A DNA stretch of 64,000 nt from Botryllus schlosseri. Taxonomy: Eukaryota. The DNA is taken from assembly GCA_051294905.1 (NCBI GenBank), contig CM119372.1:30692001-30756000 (forward strand). Reading direction: 5' to 3'. A program made the translations under genes and the position numbers. Shown in pieces: positions 1-12,501 of this stretch; positions within the stretch are counted from its first letter, which is position 1; every line of letters starts with the position of its first letter. The notes under the pieces are model-generated. The model searched no databases and was not told where the DNA came from. It worked only from the letters and a program-made list of their open reading frames with translations.

Positions 1-579
1 AATTTTTTTAGCCTCACTCGCATCTGAATCGCTATTGGTTGCCATAATAACAAAAACCGCAATAAATGTACGAGTATAGTTGAAATGGTGAATGGGCGAC
101 ATTATATAACACGGAAAATTACACTCAAAGGTATGTGCGACTGCCAGCCGACAAACAAATCCAGAAATCGTGTAGAAGGAGTAAATACCGGATGTGTCTT
201 GCTGTCCTGGTGTTTTCAGTGAATTCCCGTATCATCGCAAGTGAATGCTAAATCCGACGATGGAGCGGCATGGAGTCTTCCGTTTGAACTAAGTCCCTCA
301 CTCGGGGCACCTTGCGGTGAGAGGAGCTGTCTGTCTGATAGTCTGGCAGTAACTGATACGAGCGCTCCTGAGTGAGATCTTGACTGGTAGACGACAATAT
401 TGCCTTCTCCAGATATATTGTACGGATGGTTAGTAATTCAAGCAGTAGATTGTACAGGGTACATGAGTCTCGTATCTTATCTGAGTCAATAATACGATAT
501 GCACAATGTGATATACCAGCGATATGTCACGTGATATAGCATTATACCATAACAGATAGGAGAGAAGGGAGCCAGGGCT

Positions 580-805
580 CCCAAACGTCTATAGTGGTGG
601 ACAAGGTGCTTGACCCTAATCCGAAACGCTTCTTCTCTCGATTTGTCGAAGAGAAAGGTATTATTAGAAATGGTGTGGCCGGTAAATCCTGGCCTTCCGC
701 GCGACCGATAGTAATCGTCTCTCGGCGGTAGCAGGCTTATCTGGGCGAGGCAATTTTACCTGATTCAGCTGAAAAACTACCGTAAAATCACTCAGGCCTA
801 CATAC
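580..805 (+). mobile_element. SINE-like dispersed repeat (family B), degenerate head
   Basis: Colinear with 22900-23134 + 25773-25800 (shared GACAAGGTGCTTG, TTCTCTCGA..TGTCGAAGAGAA hairpin, CTCTCGGCGGTAGCA, GGCAATTTTACCT, ACTACCGTAAAATC). Confidence 0.6.
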
Positions 806-1159
806 CACCATGAACATATTTAATTACAAACAAAGCTCTCGAAATGCCACTCTAGTACCATACTTGCAAATAAACGGTTGCATACTTTACATTTTGGGTT
901 TATTTCAATTTTTGAAGGTCCACCGGCCGCTAAATAATTTTTGAGATGCCACCGATCCGTGAGGTGTAAAAGGTTGCAAACCACTGATTTAGACGACGAG
1001 CACTATTGAGAAGTTGGATCTGATACGGTGTCAACGCTTTGCGCGATTGGTACGCTATATGTTATTAATAACAAATATGGCAGATCGTAAAAATTCCAGT
1101 TCTATATATCAACTTGCTGGTATTTGAGAACTCTTGGTATGCTACTTACACTTAAAGTG

Positions 1160-1560
1160 CGGCAGTTTTGACGTGTTTTTGAATCTCTACTTCGACTTTT
1201 AATTGCATGAGTAGAAATTTATGGCGTTACCACTACTCGCCCGGCATATTTGATAGAGCTATTTCTTGTCGACTATATGGTAGTTGACCGACGTGGACGC
1301 GCGTGTGTTGGAGGCTACTGTACTATTATGCACTTTTGATACCGACGTAAAGTAGTCATTGACGTTTTCGGGGCAGTGACTGAAGTGGAACTGATACATG
1401 AACTTGGGAATTTCTAGTTTCCGGATATCTTTCATGTTTAGAGGACACCGAATCTTTTGAGCAGAGATTGGTGGTCACACATCCTGGCCCATTTGGGACA
1501 CTGGCTATGATACGGAGGAGATGATGTTACAGTTTTGTAGTCCAAGCTTTAGTGCGCCAT
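1160..1560 (-). mobile_element. Decayed non-LTR retrotransposon (L2/CR1-group-like) ORF2 3' fragment
   Basis: Minus strand reads MKDIRKLEIPKFMYQFHFSHCPENVNDYFTSVSKVHNSTVASNTRAST. DNA is similar to 4580-4700 (CTAGAAAT.CCCA.GTTCATGTATCAG, GACTACTT, AACACACG.GCGTCC). Confidence 0.65.
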
Positions 1561-2158
1561 AACACTGGCAGCCCCTGACACAGTGGTTCACAACCTTTTT
1601 CGTCTTGTGGCCCCTTGGCCGATATTTGAGCTGAAATCCCCCCCCCCCCTATGAAAAATTTGCCTGTGACTGAAGAAGGTGCTTTTAACGCACAACCATT
1701 TGTTGACTGAGCAATTACTGGACAATCGTATTCAGATATGTCGAATGCAGACCGCACTACACTGTGGTAAAGTACAGCTAAATTTGACCTGTCTTTTACC
1801 GGTCGGGTAGCCGCTGACGAAAAATAAGTTCGCTTGCTATGGCCTCGAGTCGAATCGATGAATTTGATATGCTTTTCACATTAGCTCATATGTTGACTTA
1901 AAAATGTAAACAATTTCACCAGCGGCCTTGTGCTGAATTCGGCTGGACTTTTTCCTGCTTAGTAGCAATTTAGTCGGGAGGCTGTCGCGGGCCCAACGAA
2001 ATCGTCTCGCGAGCCTCACTTTATCAGGGGGTGTAATATCTACGGAAGGCATTTAAACATACAGCCAGCTGAAAATCTGCCAAAGACATACAATTGTAAA
2101 GAGTTAGTTTCTACATAACAATTCCAGCATAAAAATCTAAAAACCTTGTGAACCCAGT

Positions 2159-2437
2159 TTGTTCGTTTTGAGGTGTTCCTAATGTGTTTTGACTACTGTG
2201 GTCATTTTCACCAGGCCAATTTCCTCCATTTTTTAATTCCGTAGCGGCCGACTTTTAGCACGGGCCACTTCTAGGCTTTTATAAGACCCCGCTTACACGG
2301 ATGAGATGGCAAGGAGGAGCCTAGATAAACCCCCAACACTTCGGTAGGAATTCTGGAGTCGACCTCGGTCGGACTCGAACCCAGAACCCATTGGTGTTGC
2401 AGCTGTTGAGTTTACCACTGGGCTATCTCCCCACACA
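2159..2437 (-). mobile_element. tRNA-derived SINE (family A), full length
   Basis: Minus strand has A-box TAGCCCAGTGG and B-box GGTTCGAGTCC. 13-bp TSD TTGTGAACCCAGT at 2146-2158 and 2438-2450. Colinear with 37491-37768. Confidence 0.9.
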
Positions 2438-2708
2438 TTGTGAACCCAGTGTATCTTCCGATACAACGCCAAAGCCAGATTCCCCCCTAAAATTTTCAAA
2501 CTTCCCCATGGTTTGGACCACTGATATAGTGCCTTTTAGCCTTTGCTAAGAGCTAATCAGGGGCCAAATATTAGGAGTAGACATCAAAATCGTGCGGTCC
2601 GCGGCGTCTACCAAGATCGCACCTAGATCGCAACTAGAACTTATGTCGAGTCATCACAATGGTAGTCAGCATTTTTTATGTCGTCATTTTTTACCGCAGT
2701 GTATAAAG

Positions 2709-3544
2709 CAGTGGTTCCCAAACGGTGGGGAATTCCCCACTGGTGGGGAATTTCGGGGTTTTTGGTGGGGAATAGACTCACTTTTAAAAAATCTTTACAG
2801 TAATATTCTCCTTTATTTAATGTCGTTTTGAAATGCCGACCGAATATTTCATAGCTCATTTGCAATTCAGCGATTCATATTGTCAGTGCCTCCAATTAGC
2901 GAAAATCACCTGGATAGCGACACGCGATCTCCACCAATGTTTTTATTCATTTATGCACCATCATCTGTCACGAAAAGTAGTGGTAGAAAAATTCTGATTC
3001 GTTGTAATAAGAGCACATATTGCTGAACATGTATTCAAGGGAGATCGTGGACTCGCTAATTGATGGCACATCTGGACTCATTACAAATGAAATTACATAT
3101 TTATGTTATTTCAAGTTCTTTTAGTATTGTGCGAAAGTGTAGTTTACGGCGGCTTATATATATATCGCACGCATGCGTTCGTCAACATCAGGAAGTTTAT
3201 CTGACCCATGTATTATTCGGCATTTACTTATGTAAATTGATGCTACCCCGCAACATTTTGAAAATTTTCAACCACTCCTATTTTTCTGTTGGCTGCGCGC
3301 CAGGGTAGATACATATATTACGGTTACCAGTTCACCGCTGCATTAATTTCATTGAGTGCTGATCAATTCCGGAGATATTAACAATCACCAATAGCACGCA
3401 CTATTTACCAAGCAAAGTCTTGCAAAATTTTATTGGATGTAGCACTTTAAAGGGTAGATATGGATATAGAGATTTTAGGTGGGGAATGAAGGCTCGGAAT
3501 AAATCGGAAGTGGGGAATTAGGATAAAAAGGTTGGGAACCACTG
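2709..3544. mobile_element. hAT-type MITE
   Basis: TIR CAGTGGTTCCCAA...TTGGGAACCACTG; exact 8-bp TSD GTATAAAG (2701-2708, 3545-3552); GTGGGGAAT subterminal repeats. Confidence 0.92.
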
Positions 3545-3723
3545 GTATAAAGGGCTAAAATCCCTATAGCCTATATACGGTAAATCTCTTAACTGAGTAA
3601 TTCCTAAACAAAAACTATCATGTATGCAAACCGGTGTCATTTTATACACGTGAAAATCGGAAGAAAGCATCTCCTATTGTTTGTCCAGTTAATGCCACTT
3701 TTCAAAAGACGGTGTTTATACAC

Positions 3724-4342
3724 TAGGACTGTTCAAAAATAACCCTTTTTCCTGAATCTTGCTGGTTTCTTGATTAAATCGTTAAGTTGCCTTAAAAAAC
3801 GACGCACACCAAATTTGAATTCATTCCAACCAATATTCGCGGATTTCGTAGAGTTTGAAAAATTTGAACTTGCCTAAAAATGCAAAAAATTTTTTTTTTC
3901 AAATTTTCTTTCCAACCTTATGAAATTGTTACGCTGTCTTCAAAAACGATGGAAAACAAATTTCACTCAATTCCAAGCTGCAGAAGCGGAGTTATTCAAG
4001 TTTTTTGATGATAATTCTGGGATGATCCACCAATCAAGGATAATCCCAGAATTATGAAAGAAAAACTGAAATAACTCCACTTCTACGGCTTCGAATTGAG
4101 TCAAAATTGTTTTGCATCGTTTTTGAAGACAGCGCAACAATTTCATGGGGTTGGCAGAAAAATTTGAAAAAAATAAATTTTTGCGTTTTTAGGCAAATTC
4201 AAAATTTTCAAACTCTACGAAATCCGCGAATATTGGTTGGAATGAATTCAAATTTGGTGTGCGTCGTTTCTTAAGGCAACCTAACGATTTAATCAAGTAA
4301 CCAACAAGATTCAGAAAAAAAGGTTATTTTTGAACAGCCCTA
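3724..4342. mobile_element. Foldback (almost fully palindromic) hAT-type MITE
   Basis: Two ~300-bp inverted arms centred near 4033; termini TAGGACTG/CAGCCCTA; exact 8-bp TSD TTATACAC (3716-3723, 4343-4350). Confidence 0.92.
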
Positions 4343-4539
4343 TTATACACGGGTGAAAATGTCGCCCTTGCAACTCGAAATTCCTGCTACTTCAAGGCTT
4401 GATTTCATTTGTAAGGGACAAATAAGGGGCCAATAACCGTGGTACCGAACGGATTTTCTGATAAGACGACAGCAACCGAGAGAAAAATGTCGCCAAGAAT
4501 TAAGGGGACACGAAATTGTTTCCCAAATTTTTTCGTACC

Positions 4540-5110
4540 CCAACTGCTACAAAAATAAGTACGATTGTCTCCCAACGTGAGGAAGCTAGAAATGCCCAGG
4601 TTCATGTATCAGCTCAATTGCGGTCACTGTCCGTCAAATTTCAACGACTACTTCACCCCGGAGTCAAATGCGCACAAGTAGCCTATAACACACGGGCGTC
4701 CTCGAAGAACAACTATCGTATGATCAGGACGGAATACAAGAAAACACATCGCTCTATTAAGTATGGTGGACCACAATTGTGGAACAGCATCTTGCCTGTT
4801 ATCCGAAATTCGTCGAGCATATCCAGGTCCACATTCAAGTCGGTATATAAGCAATTTCTTCTAAATGAATACTAGATTACTATTCAACCCTCAAGATTAC
4901 CAGACCCCGACCTAGCTGTCCTAGCTTATCGATCTCACCTCACACCTCATGCCACCTCATTTTCTCGCTGGCCTTTTATATTCTCTGCTTTACTTTTCAT
5001 TCAGTGTGCAGTGGGTGTCTGATTTCTTAGACTACTCCAAGTCGTTTCGACACCTTCCTATCTTTTCATTGTATCGCAGTTTTGTGGTGTTTTGAAATGA
5101 TGAAAATATT
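4540..5110 (+). mobile_element. Non-LTR retrotransposon (L2/CR1-group-like) ORF2 C-terminus and 3' UTR
   Basis: YNTRAS...SIKYGGPQLWNSILPVIRNSSSISRSTFKSVYKQFLL is a typical end of L2/CR1-group ORF2. The 3' UTR recurs inverted at ~48685-48777. Confidence 0.75.
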
Positions 5111-6854
5111 GATAAACTGATACTTGCCGGTTGATAGCTGCCGTACTGGACTTCAGAATATAATTCGCCATGCAGAATATATTAACTTACGATTATATAT
5201 TACCTCTGCGGTGAGAATTCACAACGCAAACAAGACAACATTAAATCGTTCAGTTAATTTTATTATGTAGGCTAATTATTCTCATTTCGGGACGCACAGC
5301 TCCTGTACAGCCGTGACGCAAGTAACCACTGTTGTGATATGCGTGATTTTCTCCTTGTTTTTAAATGTAATAATAATAAGATTTCATGTTGGGTTGATAA
5401 AGATATTATTTCGTTGGAACGGTAATAGCAACGTCGTCGTGTCGTGGTCTCTGTGTAGCCTACACGAGACAAGCTGTCGCGTGCAACGTCAAACCAAAAT
5501 AATTAACCTGAATGAGGTCAGGTCTGCCGGAAGAAAGATATACGCAGCTAATACGCAACGAAACTGTCTGGAGTCAGATTACACATCAATATCATCAAAT
5601 AAACATTCGCCCCGCGTTATAGGGACTCAGAGCTTGGCCCGCAATCACACAGCACCAAGAATGAAATACACCACATGTAGCTAGTTAGTGAGTTGTGCTT
5701 ACTCAACCAATATTGGCATCAACGAAATTGATATAAAGAATGCATCGTTGTCTAATGTAAAAAGTATAGCAGACGTGCGGGATCTACCTTAATTTGTGTT
5801 TATTGTATCATAAAAATTAAATCCATCCGATTGGGGTTTTAGCTAGTGTATAACTTGTTTTTGAGATAATATCTGAAACAAAAAAACCGTTTTTCACTCT
5901 GATCAATATCAATGAAGAAATAATATGACGCCTCGAGAATGCATTGTAGGGTCTATTCTATTGGGTGCCTATAGGCGTAGTCTTATATTTCCTTACGAGT
6001 CCTCGTCGAATTTGTTGATAAAGCGACAGAAGAAATGGATTCTATGGAATGATTATAGAATTCAGTACTTCAGCATTGTGGTATAATGTTCACTGATTCG
6101 TCGCTAAGTATCGTGTATATTATTATATAGCTTTACGGAAATGTAGGTTTGGAATTAGCAATATGACGTCACGTGACGTCATAGGTTCGTGCTCATGTTC
6201 GCGTTCACATAGGACATTTCAAAAGAAGGTTGGCGTTCACCCGAACCAGAGCCCCTCGGTGGTTCGAACCATCACTAACGCACTCTATACAAATACGACT
6301 AGATAGCGTACATATCACACTGCCCCTCGTACCCCAGCTTTGGTGTGCCCCTGGGATGCATCCTATTATTGCGTGATAACAGAGTCTCGATCGATCTGAG
6401 CCAAATGCACCCCGTGAATGAACGCTACTTGAAAGATATGACGTAATAATAGTCGCGAAATTTACGATGATCAATGACTGAACCAGACTTGTCCATGAAC
6501 AGATTCACAGACTACATTTCATGACCACTGTTGATAATAATCAATCAATCAAGCCATAAATAACAGAATCAAGTTAAGTATGGCAAGATGTACAGCTGTA
6601 CGTGTACAAGTACAGTATACAATAGTACAAAGCCCAGGTCCATGTATGCATAAAATTAAATATATAAAATTAGAAGTACAACTAAGAACATAATGAATGA
6701 GACAATTGAGTAATAAAATGCTCACGAATATCACATTATCACAACGCAAATGTTTATTCGCAATATTTAAGCTTAAACGATGTGATATTTCAAATTTTAC
6801 TCTAGTTGACGATGAGTTAATGGTGTCAAAGGTATATATGACTAATAATGAATG

Positions 6855-7517
6855 TTAATCTGTTGCGGCCCACGCAATTTTCACCTCGTTCGAACGAGTG
6901 GCAGGGGTTGCGGCCGCCTCTTCGTCAGATGTTGCAGTGCTCGGAGACGTTCTTGCGCGCTTTAATAGATTTTGAACTTCATTTTTAAGGCGTTTCGCAC
7001 CGTCTCTTATGTCGTTGGAAGCGTAGTAGTACAGAAATGGGTTGATACATTCCGTGAAGCGGAGAATAGCAGCCGGCATGACGAACAGCATAGCCATGGT
7101 CATACTATCCATCTCGTATCGCAGAATGGCGATTATTATCTTCGATGTGTACTCAATGCCGTAGCTTATCAGGAATGTGATGACTATCATTTTGAGTTGT
7201 AGCAGGACTTTATCTTCTCTTTCTTTAGCAGCGGGACTTTGACTCACACTAGTTTCTGACCTTCGCCTGACAAGGAAACGAACAATTGCAAGGCTTAGGC
7301 CGATGATCATGACAGTGGGTACGAAAAGACCGGATGATAATGTTATCAATGATAGCACCTGTAACCACATATCAGGATTGAAATCCATGGAGCATATCAA
7401 TCCGTTGTCTCGCGGTGTAGCCTTCGCTTGCATCCACAGCGGAATGATTAACACCGTAAACGACAATACCCAGGAGATCGCAACAAAAGCGCGGCAAGCT
7501 TTGACAGAAACTTCCCA
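6855..7517 (-). CDS. Orphan class A (rhodopsin-like) GPCR, 3' part (TM4-TM7 and C-tail); predicted exon 2 of split gene
   Basis: Open frame with four hydrophobic helices, ECL2 Cys (LICSMD) and TM7 ECINPFLYY. Aligns to paralog 44273-45457 (SPAAKEREDKVLLQLKMIVITFLISY vs SPASREKEKQSLIQLMAIVTTYLTGY). The exon boundary is inferred. Confidence 0.8.
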   Translation of the reverse strand, partial: WEVSVKACRAFVAISWVLSFTVLIIPLWMQAKATPRDNGLICSMDFNPDMWLQVLSLITLSSGLFVPTVMIIGLSLAIVRFLVRRRSETSVSQSPAAKEREDKVLLQLKMIVITFLISYGIEYTSKIIIAILRYEMDSMTMAMLFVMPAAILRFTECINPFLYYYASNDIRDGAKRLKNEVQNLLKRARTSPSTATSDEEAAATPATRSNEVKIAWAATD

Positions 7518-8373
7518 CTGGGCGTCGAAAGCGGAGACAGGGTTAAACCCGCTAGACGCCAACCCGCCACATGCCAAACGCCACCCTGCGGCTGGGTCTT
7601 TACGTGGCGTCTGGCGTCTGAACGGGTTGAAACGCAGACTGGCGGCTGAATTGCTACATGCAGTCTGGCGTCTGAATGGGTTGAAACGCAGACTGGCGGC
7701 TGAATTGCTACATGGCGTCTGGCGTGTGAATGGGTTGAAACGCAGACTGGCGGATGAAGTGCGGATGGCGTCCGGCGTCCAACATTTTAGGACGCCGTAC
7801 TGCTACATGGCGTTCGGCGTCCGGCAATTTTGAGACCGCCGTGCCGTGTGTACTGTGTAGGTAGCCAGTTGCACAGCGTCTGGTGTACAGGATCTGATTT
7901 ATAGGCAAAGTTACTCATCCATATGGAAGGGAAGGCTGATGGATAAAAGGGATTGATCGCTGCATTATTATATTCGTCGATAGAGGAATAATGTCTGCTA
8001 CAGTTATTTGTTTGATTGTTGCACGAGTTTTCTTGTAGCATTGGCAGCAATGACTTGAGCTGAGGACTTTACGCACCTTATTAAAATCGTTACTGTGAAG
8101 AAGATAGTTGCAGTATATGCGAAATCAGTTTTGAAAGTTATATGATCCTGTTGTGCTAGTACACTGGATTAACTTTGTAGAACACAACGTCAGCCTAGAA
8201 TTACAAGTTTTTTTTTTATATAGACTACTTACATTCTGTCCTTCAGACTTCTTAGAAATAGCCTATTCATTCATCCTCGTATGACATAGCTAGCTAGCGC
8301 TTGCTGTCTATCAACTAAATTCCACGTATTTACGGGAAAGCCCTCACATGCGACAAACATCGACAAGTAGGCT

Positions 8374-9065
8374 ACAAATGAGATGCACCCGTGGCGTCTT
8401 GATAGTTGATACATCCGACGCCACACGCAGGCATGTACAAGTTAGGTGCACCCCGTCGCGTCTGGATAGTTGATATATCAGACTCCAAACGCCGGTATGC
8501 ACAAATTAGATGCATTCGGTGGCGTCTTGATAGTCGATATATCCGTTCAGACGCCAAACAGCGACAATCGACATGCACAAATTAGATGCAGCCCGTGGCG
8601 TCTTGACAGTTGATACATCCGACGCCACACGCAGGCATGTACAAGTTAGGTGCACCCCGTCGCGTCTGGATAGTTGATATATCAGACACCAAACGACGAC
8701 ATGTACAAATTAGATTCGTTCTGTGGCGTTTTGATAGTCGATATATACGTCCAGACGCCAAACGACGACAATCGACATGCACAAATTAAATGCAGCCCGT
8801 GGCGTGTTGATAGCTGATATATCCGACGCCAATCGTCGACATATACAAATTAGATGCACTCCGTGGCGTCTGGATAGTTGATATATCAGACTGCAAACGT
8901 CGGCATGTACAAATGAGATGCATTCGATGGAGTCTTGATAGTCGATATTTCCCTTCAGACGCCAAACGGTGACAATCGACATGCACAAATTAGATGCAGC
9001 ACGTGCCGTCTTGATAGCTGATATATCCGACGCCAAACGTCGACATATACAAATTAGATAGCCCC
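8374..9065. repeat. Tandem array of ~64/64/76-bp units with ~204-bp higher-order period
   Basis: About 11 units starting ACAA(A/G)T(T/G)AG.TGCA at ~8374, 8437, 8501, 8577, 8641, 8706, 8781, 8846, 8909, 8985, 9049; every third unit is the long variant. Confidence 0.9.
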
Positions 9066-9578
9066 CGTGCTATCCTGATATTATAGCAGTGGTTCTCATC
9101 TCAACCTCCGGCCCGTGGCAATATAGAATATAAACGTTTACATTCTATAGTGGCAAGTTTCCTGCTGGTCCGCCTAATCTTTTTGAATTTTATATCTCAA
9201 TTACAAAATGCAATTTATTCAATACTCCGTTTAAAACCCATCGTCATACTTTTAAATGTATTCGCATCACGATGCCTAGCAAGTCCGCTGTAGCTCCCAA
9301 GTCATTGTTATGCATTACTGTAGGTCATTGTGGTATAACTATGCTGACGTCGTTGCCGTGTGACGAGTAATAAGGCCTCGGATGACTGACCAGTGACCAG
9401 TGACCAACTATAACGTCTGAGCTCTCACTGTACCAAAAAAGCTACATGCCGCGCACTCAAGCTAGCACTACACGTAACTTGAGCTACGGACGTTTTGAGT
9501 GCCGTTAAAAACTCATTTTTGGTCTGAGGATACTTTATGATCCGCACGACCGCAATTGAGTTTTACTTAGTACTAAAG

Positions 9579-11063
9579 CAGGGGTCGGCAACCTTTTGCT
9601 AGTCACGGGCCAAATTTCGAATGCACCACCTTTTGGCGGGCCGGAATTTTCCCTAATACTATATATTTAACGCTCATTCCGGTATATTACCCTACATTGC
9701 TGCAATCTCAATGATACAAATCACAAAAGAGCAAAACACGTATATGTACGTTTCAACACGCAGGATAAATGGGACAATTGGCGGCAGCTTGCTTTGTGAA
9801 AGGTTTTCAACTTCTGGTAACAAGTCAGATGAAGCAAGAGATGATATTCTTTTTCGTCCGCACCATCGAGATGCTTTGACAACTAAGTTGCGATACGGCC
9901 GTGAGGTCGTCTAGTCTGCGCACCCGTTTTTTCTCCTCCATGCTATCCGTGATTGCTGAGCGCCTAGCAGGATAGCTACGGGTACCAATTTTCGGATTTT
10001 GGTATGACCCGGCCGGGGATCGAACCCACGACCTAAGGCTCGAGAAGACGGAAGCATCACCGTTACACTATCTCGCTCCGTGAGCAAGAATCAGACCACA
10101 TTCTAAAGGGGCGTTGGAATACTTGATCTTAGCTTGCTCATCGTGAATTTCATTGTTGAAAACGATTGCTCACATGTGTACGTGCTACCAAAAGTCGATG
10201 CCATTTCTTTTACATTGTTGGTCAAGCTGGGATAAAGACCCATTTCAAAAACTACTCTTTGTCAGGGTCATGCAGCGATATGCTCTTTGTATGAAATTTG
10301 TCATTCAATTCAACTGCATCGCATTTCATGAGGGCTAATTTGAAATTTTCAGGCAATGGTATTGGCGTCCACATTAAACGGAGTATACGGAGTAGTCAGA
10401 ATTTATTGTGTACAGAACGAATGTCGGAAAAGCGGGCGGGAATTCAATAATTACATTTCGTATCACAGTTACAAATGTATAGTGCTGGTACTAGGTTTAC
10501 TCTGTTCCAGTATAGGAAAGTGATCACTATAAACACTATTCAGGATTGTTATGTTGGCGTACAATGTCTTCTGGTGAATTAGGCTACCGCTGACCAACGT
10601 ACGGAGGTTAGTTATCTATAATTAAACAGGGAAAGTTTGAAATTTTGTCATTGCGTCTGAAATGTTCCAGGCGTTTTTGAAGCAGAGGAACGGCGCCTTT
10701 ATTGTCACACTCCACCAGCGTGGCAAATCAGTTAAAAGTATGGTATACCTTCGGTTGCGCGAAACACCCGCTTGATAAGCACTGTTCTAGTCTACTCTGC
10801 AATCTCCATCTCCTACTTTTAGTGCGAGATACTAGTCAACCGCCTTCGTACCAGTTTTATGGCGTATTAATAGACTAATACAACGTAGGCTACTTATATC
10901 ATAGCAATGCTGCATTCTTTCCAAGCAGTGCTGCACTGCAGATTGGAACTCATTACGAAGTGGCGGGCCGTATTCTTGTGGTAGCTAATTACTTAGTCGC
11001 GGGCCGGACGATTTTGCTTGGCGGGCCGGATCCGGCCCGCGGGCCGTAGGTTGCCGACCCTTG
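9579..11063. mobile_element. hAT-type non-autonomous element nested in the 7534-12509 transposon
   Basis: TIR CAGGGGTCGGCAACC...GGTTGCCGACCCTTG; CGGGCC subterminal repeats; imperfect TSD (TACTAAAG / TTTAACTAAAG). Confidence 0.8.
9840..10082 (-). mobile_element. tRNA-derived SINE (family C)
   Basis: Minus strand has A-box TAGTGTAACGG and B-box GGTTCGATCCC, then a GGGTCATACCAAAA core. Flanked by AGCAAGA direct repeats. The 3' half recurs at ~27050-27215. Confidence 0.85.
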
Positions 11064-11700
11064 TTTAACTAAAGCATGCGTTACTTGGTAACCGTAACTT
11101 AAGTAACGTCTATGATCTCCACCCTTAGTCACTAAGTGAAGTACATGAATTCAGGGGCACCTTTGCCCTCTCAATTTTCGAGTTTGACATTGTAATATTA
11201 TAGAATGTCATTTGATATGCATGCATTGCATATATATGAAATTCTCAGACCAAGAAGTGTTGTCTGACTGCTGGGGACACATTGCTCATTGCTCATGCAT
11301 GTTTCTATAGAATGTAAACATTGTTTGAATGGTTACATTCTATAATGTTTCTGTTTTCTAGGCTACATTCTACCATGTCGATTGAAGTGTAGACTATGCA
11401 ACGCGTGGCAAAACACAGAAGTCACTACCATTGCGCTAAACTTCATGGGCGGCGCGGATCATCTCAGTATTATTTAGCTAATGACTGTGGCAATCCGCCA
11501 CCGCTCAAGAAGAGCAAGACTTCTAATTTCAATGTGTCGGCCGAGAGAAAAGTAGAAGGCAATGCAAACAAGGGCGTAGCCAGAAAACATTTATTTGAGG
11601 GGGCAGTTTAAGGAAGCTCCCCCGTGGGAACACCTCGCAGATCCGTATGTAATTCCATGGGCAATTTCATCACTATACCCTTTATACATACGATTCTTAG

Positions 11701-11747
11701 ACGCACGCACACACACACACACAGACACACACACACACACACACACC
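11701..11747. repeat. (CA)n microsatellite
   Basis: Direct reading of an ACACAC... tract with few interruptions. Confidence 0.95.
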
Positions 11748-12501
11748 CTATAGAAGCTCCCAGTTGCCAACTATAGCTTGTATTGGGCAATCGTTTCACG
11801 GACGAGCCAGGAACCAGGAAATTATTGCAACAAATGCAACAGTAAAAAGCCAAATGCGATGATCCCGGATTGGGTATAGAATGGAAAAGTTGATTTGTCC
11901 AGTATTTTATCGGTGACGGCTGTGACCGGCGGATATTCAAGGATTGTTGCTACCCAGGGCAAGAGCTACCACCTGGTCATTGTTATTGTGCTCATTGCAC
12001 TGTAGATTAACTCAATAAAGTTACTTATTGTCATTCATTTCATTCTGTTTATGCAGTCTTAGGTATGAGATAGCTGCGAGTGTAAAGAGAGGCAGGAGAG
12101 ACTAGACGCCGATACTAGCCAGGGGTAATCGTCAGCAATTGAGCAATTGAAATAACTTCGTCCAAATTAGAATGATGTACGCAGTTTATTAATTATATGA
12201 GAATTACTGATTTCGCAAAAACCGGGAAATTGAATTAAATCACGAATCAGAAAGAAATGCAAAATTCTGGTTCAGTTCGTGCGCCCGATATCTAACACGG
12301 AGTCTCAAAATTACAGACGCCGAACGCCATGTAGCAAATCACCCGCCACTCTGCGTTTCAACCCATTCACAAGCCAGACGCCATGTAGCAATTCAGCCGC
12401 CAGTCTGCGTTTCAATTCGTTCACACGCCAGACGCCACGTAGAGACTCAGCCGCAGGGTGGCGTTTGGCGTGTGGCGGGCTGGCGTCTGAGCGGGTTTAA
12501 C

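Noticed and set aside
1581..2523. Single hAT MITE bounded by CAGTGGTTCAC...GGACCACTG
   Set aside because: Flanking 8-mers do not match and an additional terminus-like sequence occurs near 2025; probably ends of different elements.
7552..7555. Alternative acceptor (CTAG) inside the TIR for the GPCR intron
   Set aside because: With the phase-0 donor at 12501 it gives an immediate in-frame stop (CGG GTT TAA).
7303..7833. 176-aa plus-strand ORF with WRLNGLKRRLAAELLH repeats
   Set aside because: Antisense to the GPCR plus translation of 54-bp subterminal repeats of the transposon.
8374..9065. CRISPR-like array
   Set aside because: Whole units repeat with no unique spacers, there are no cas genes, and the context is eukaryotic.
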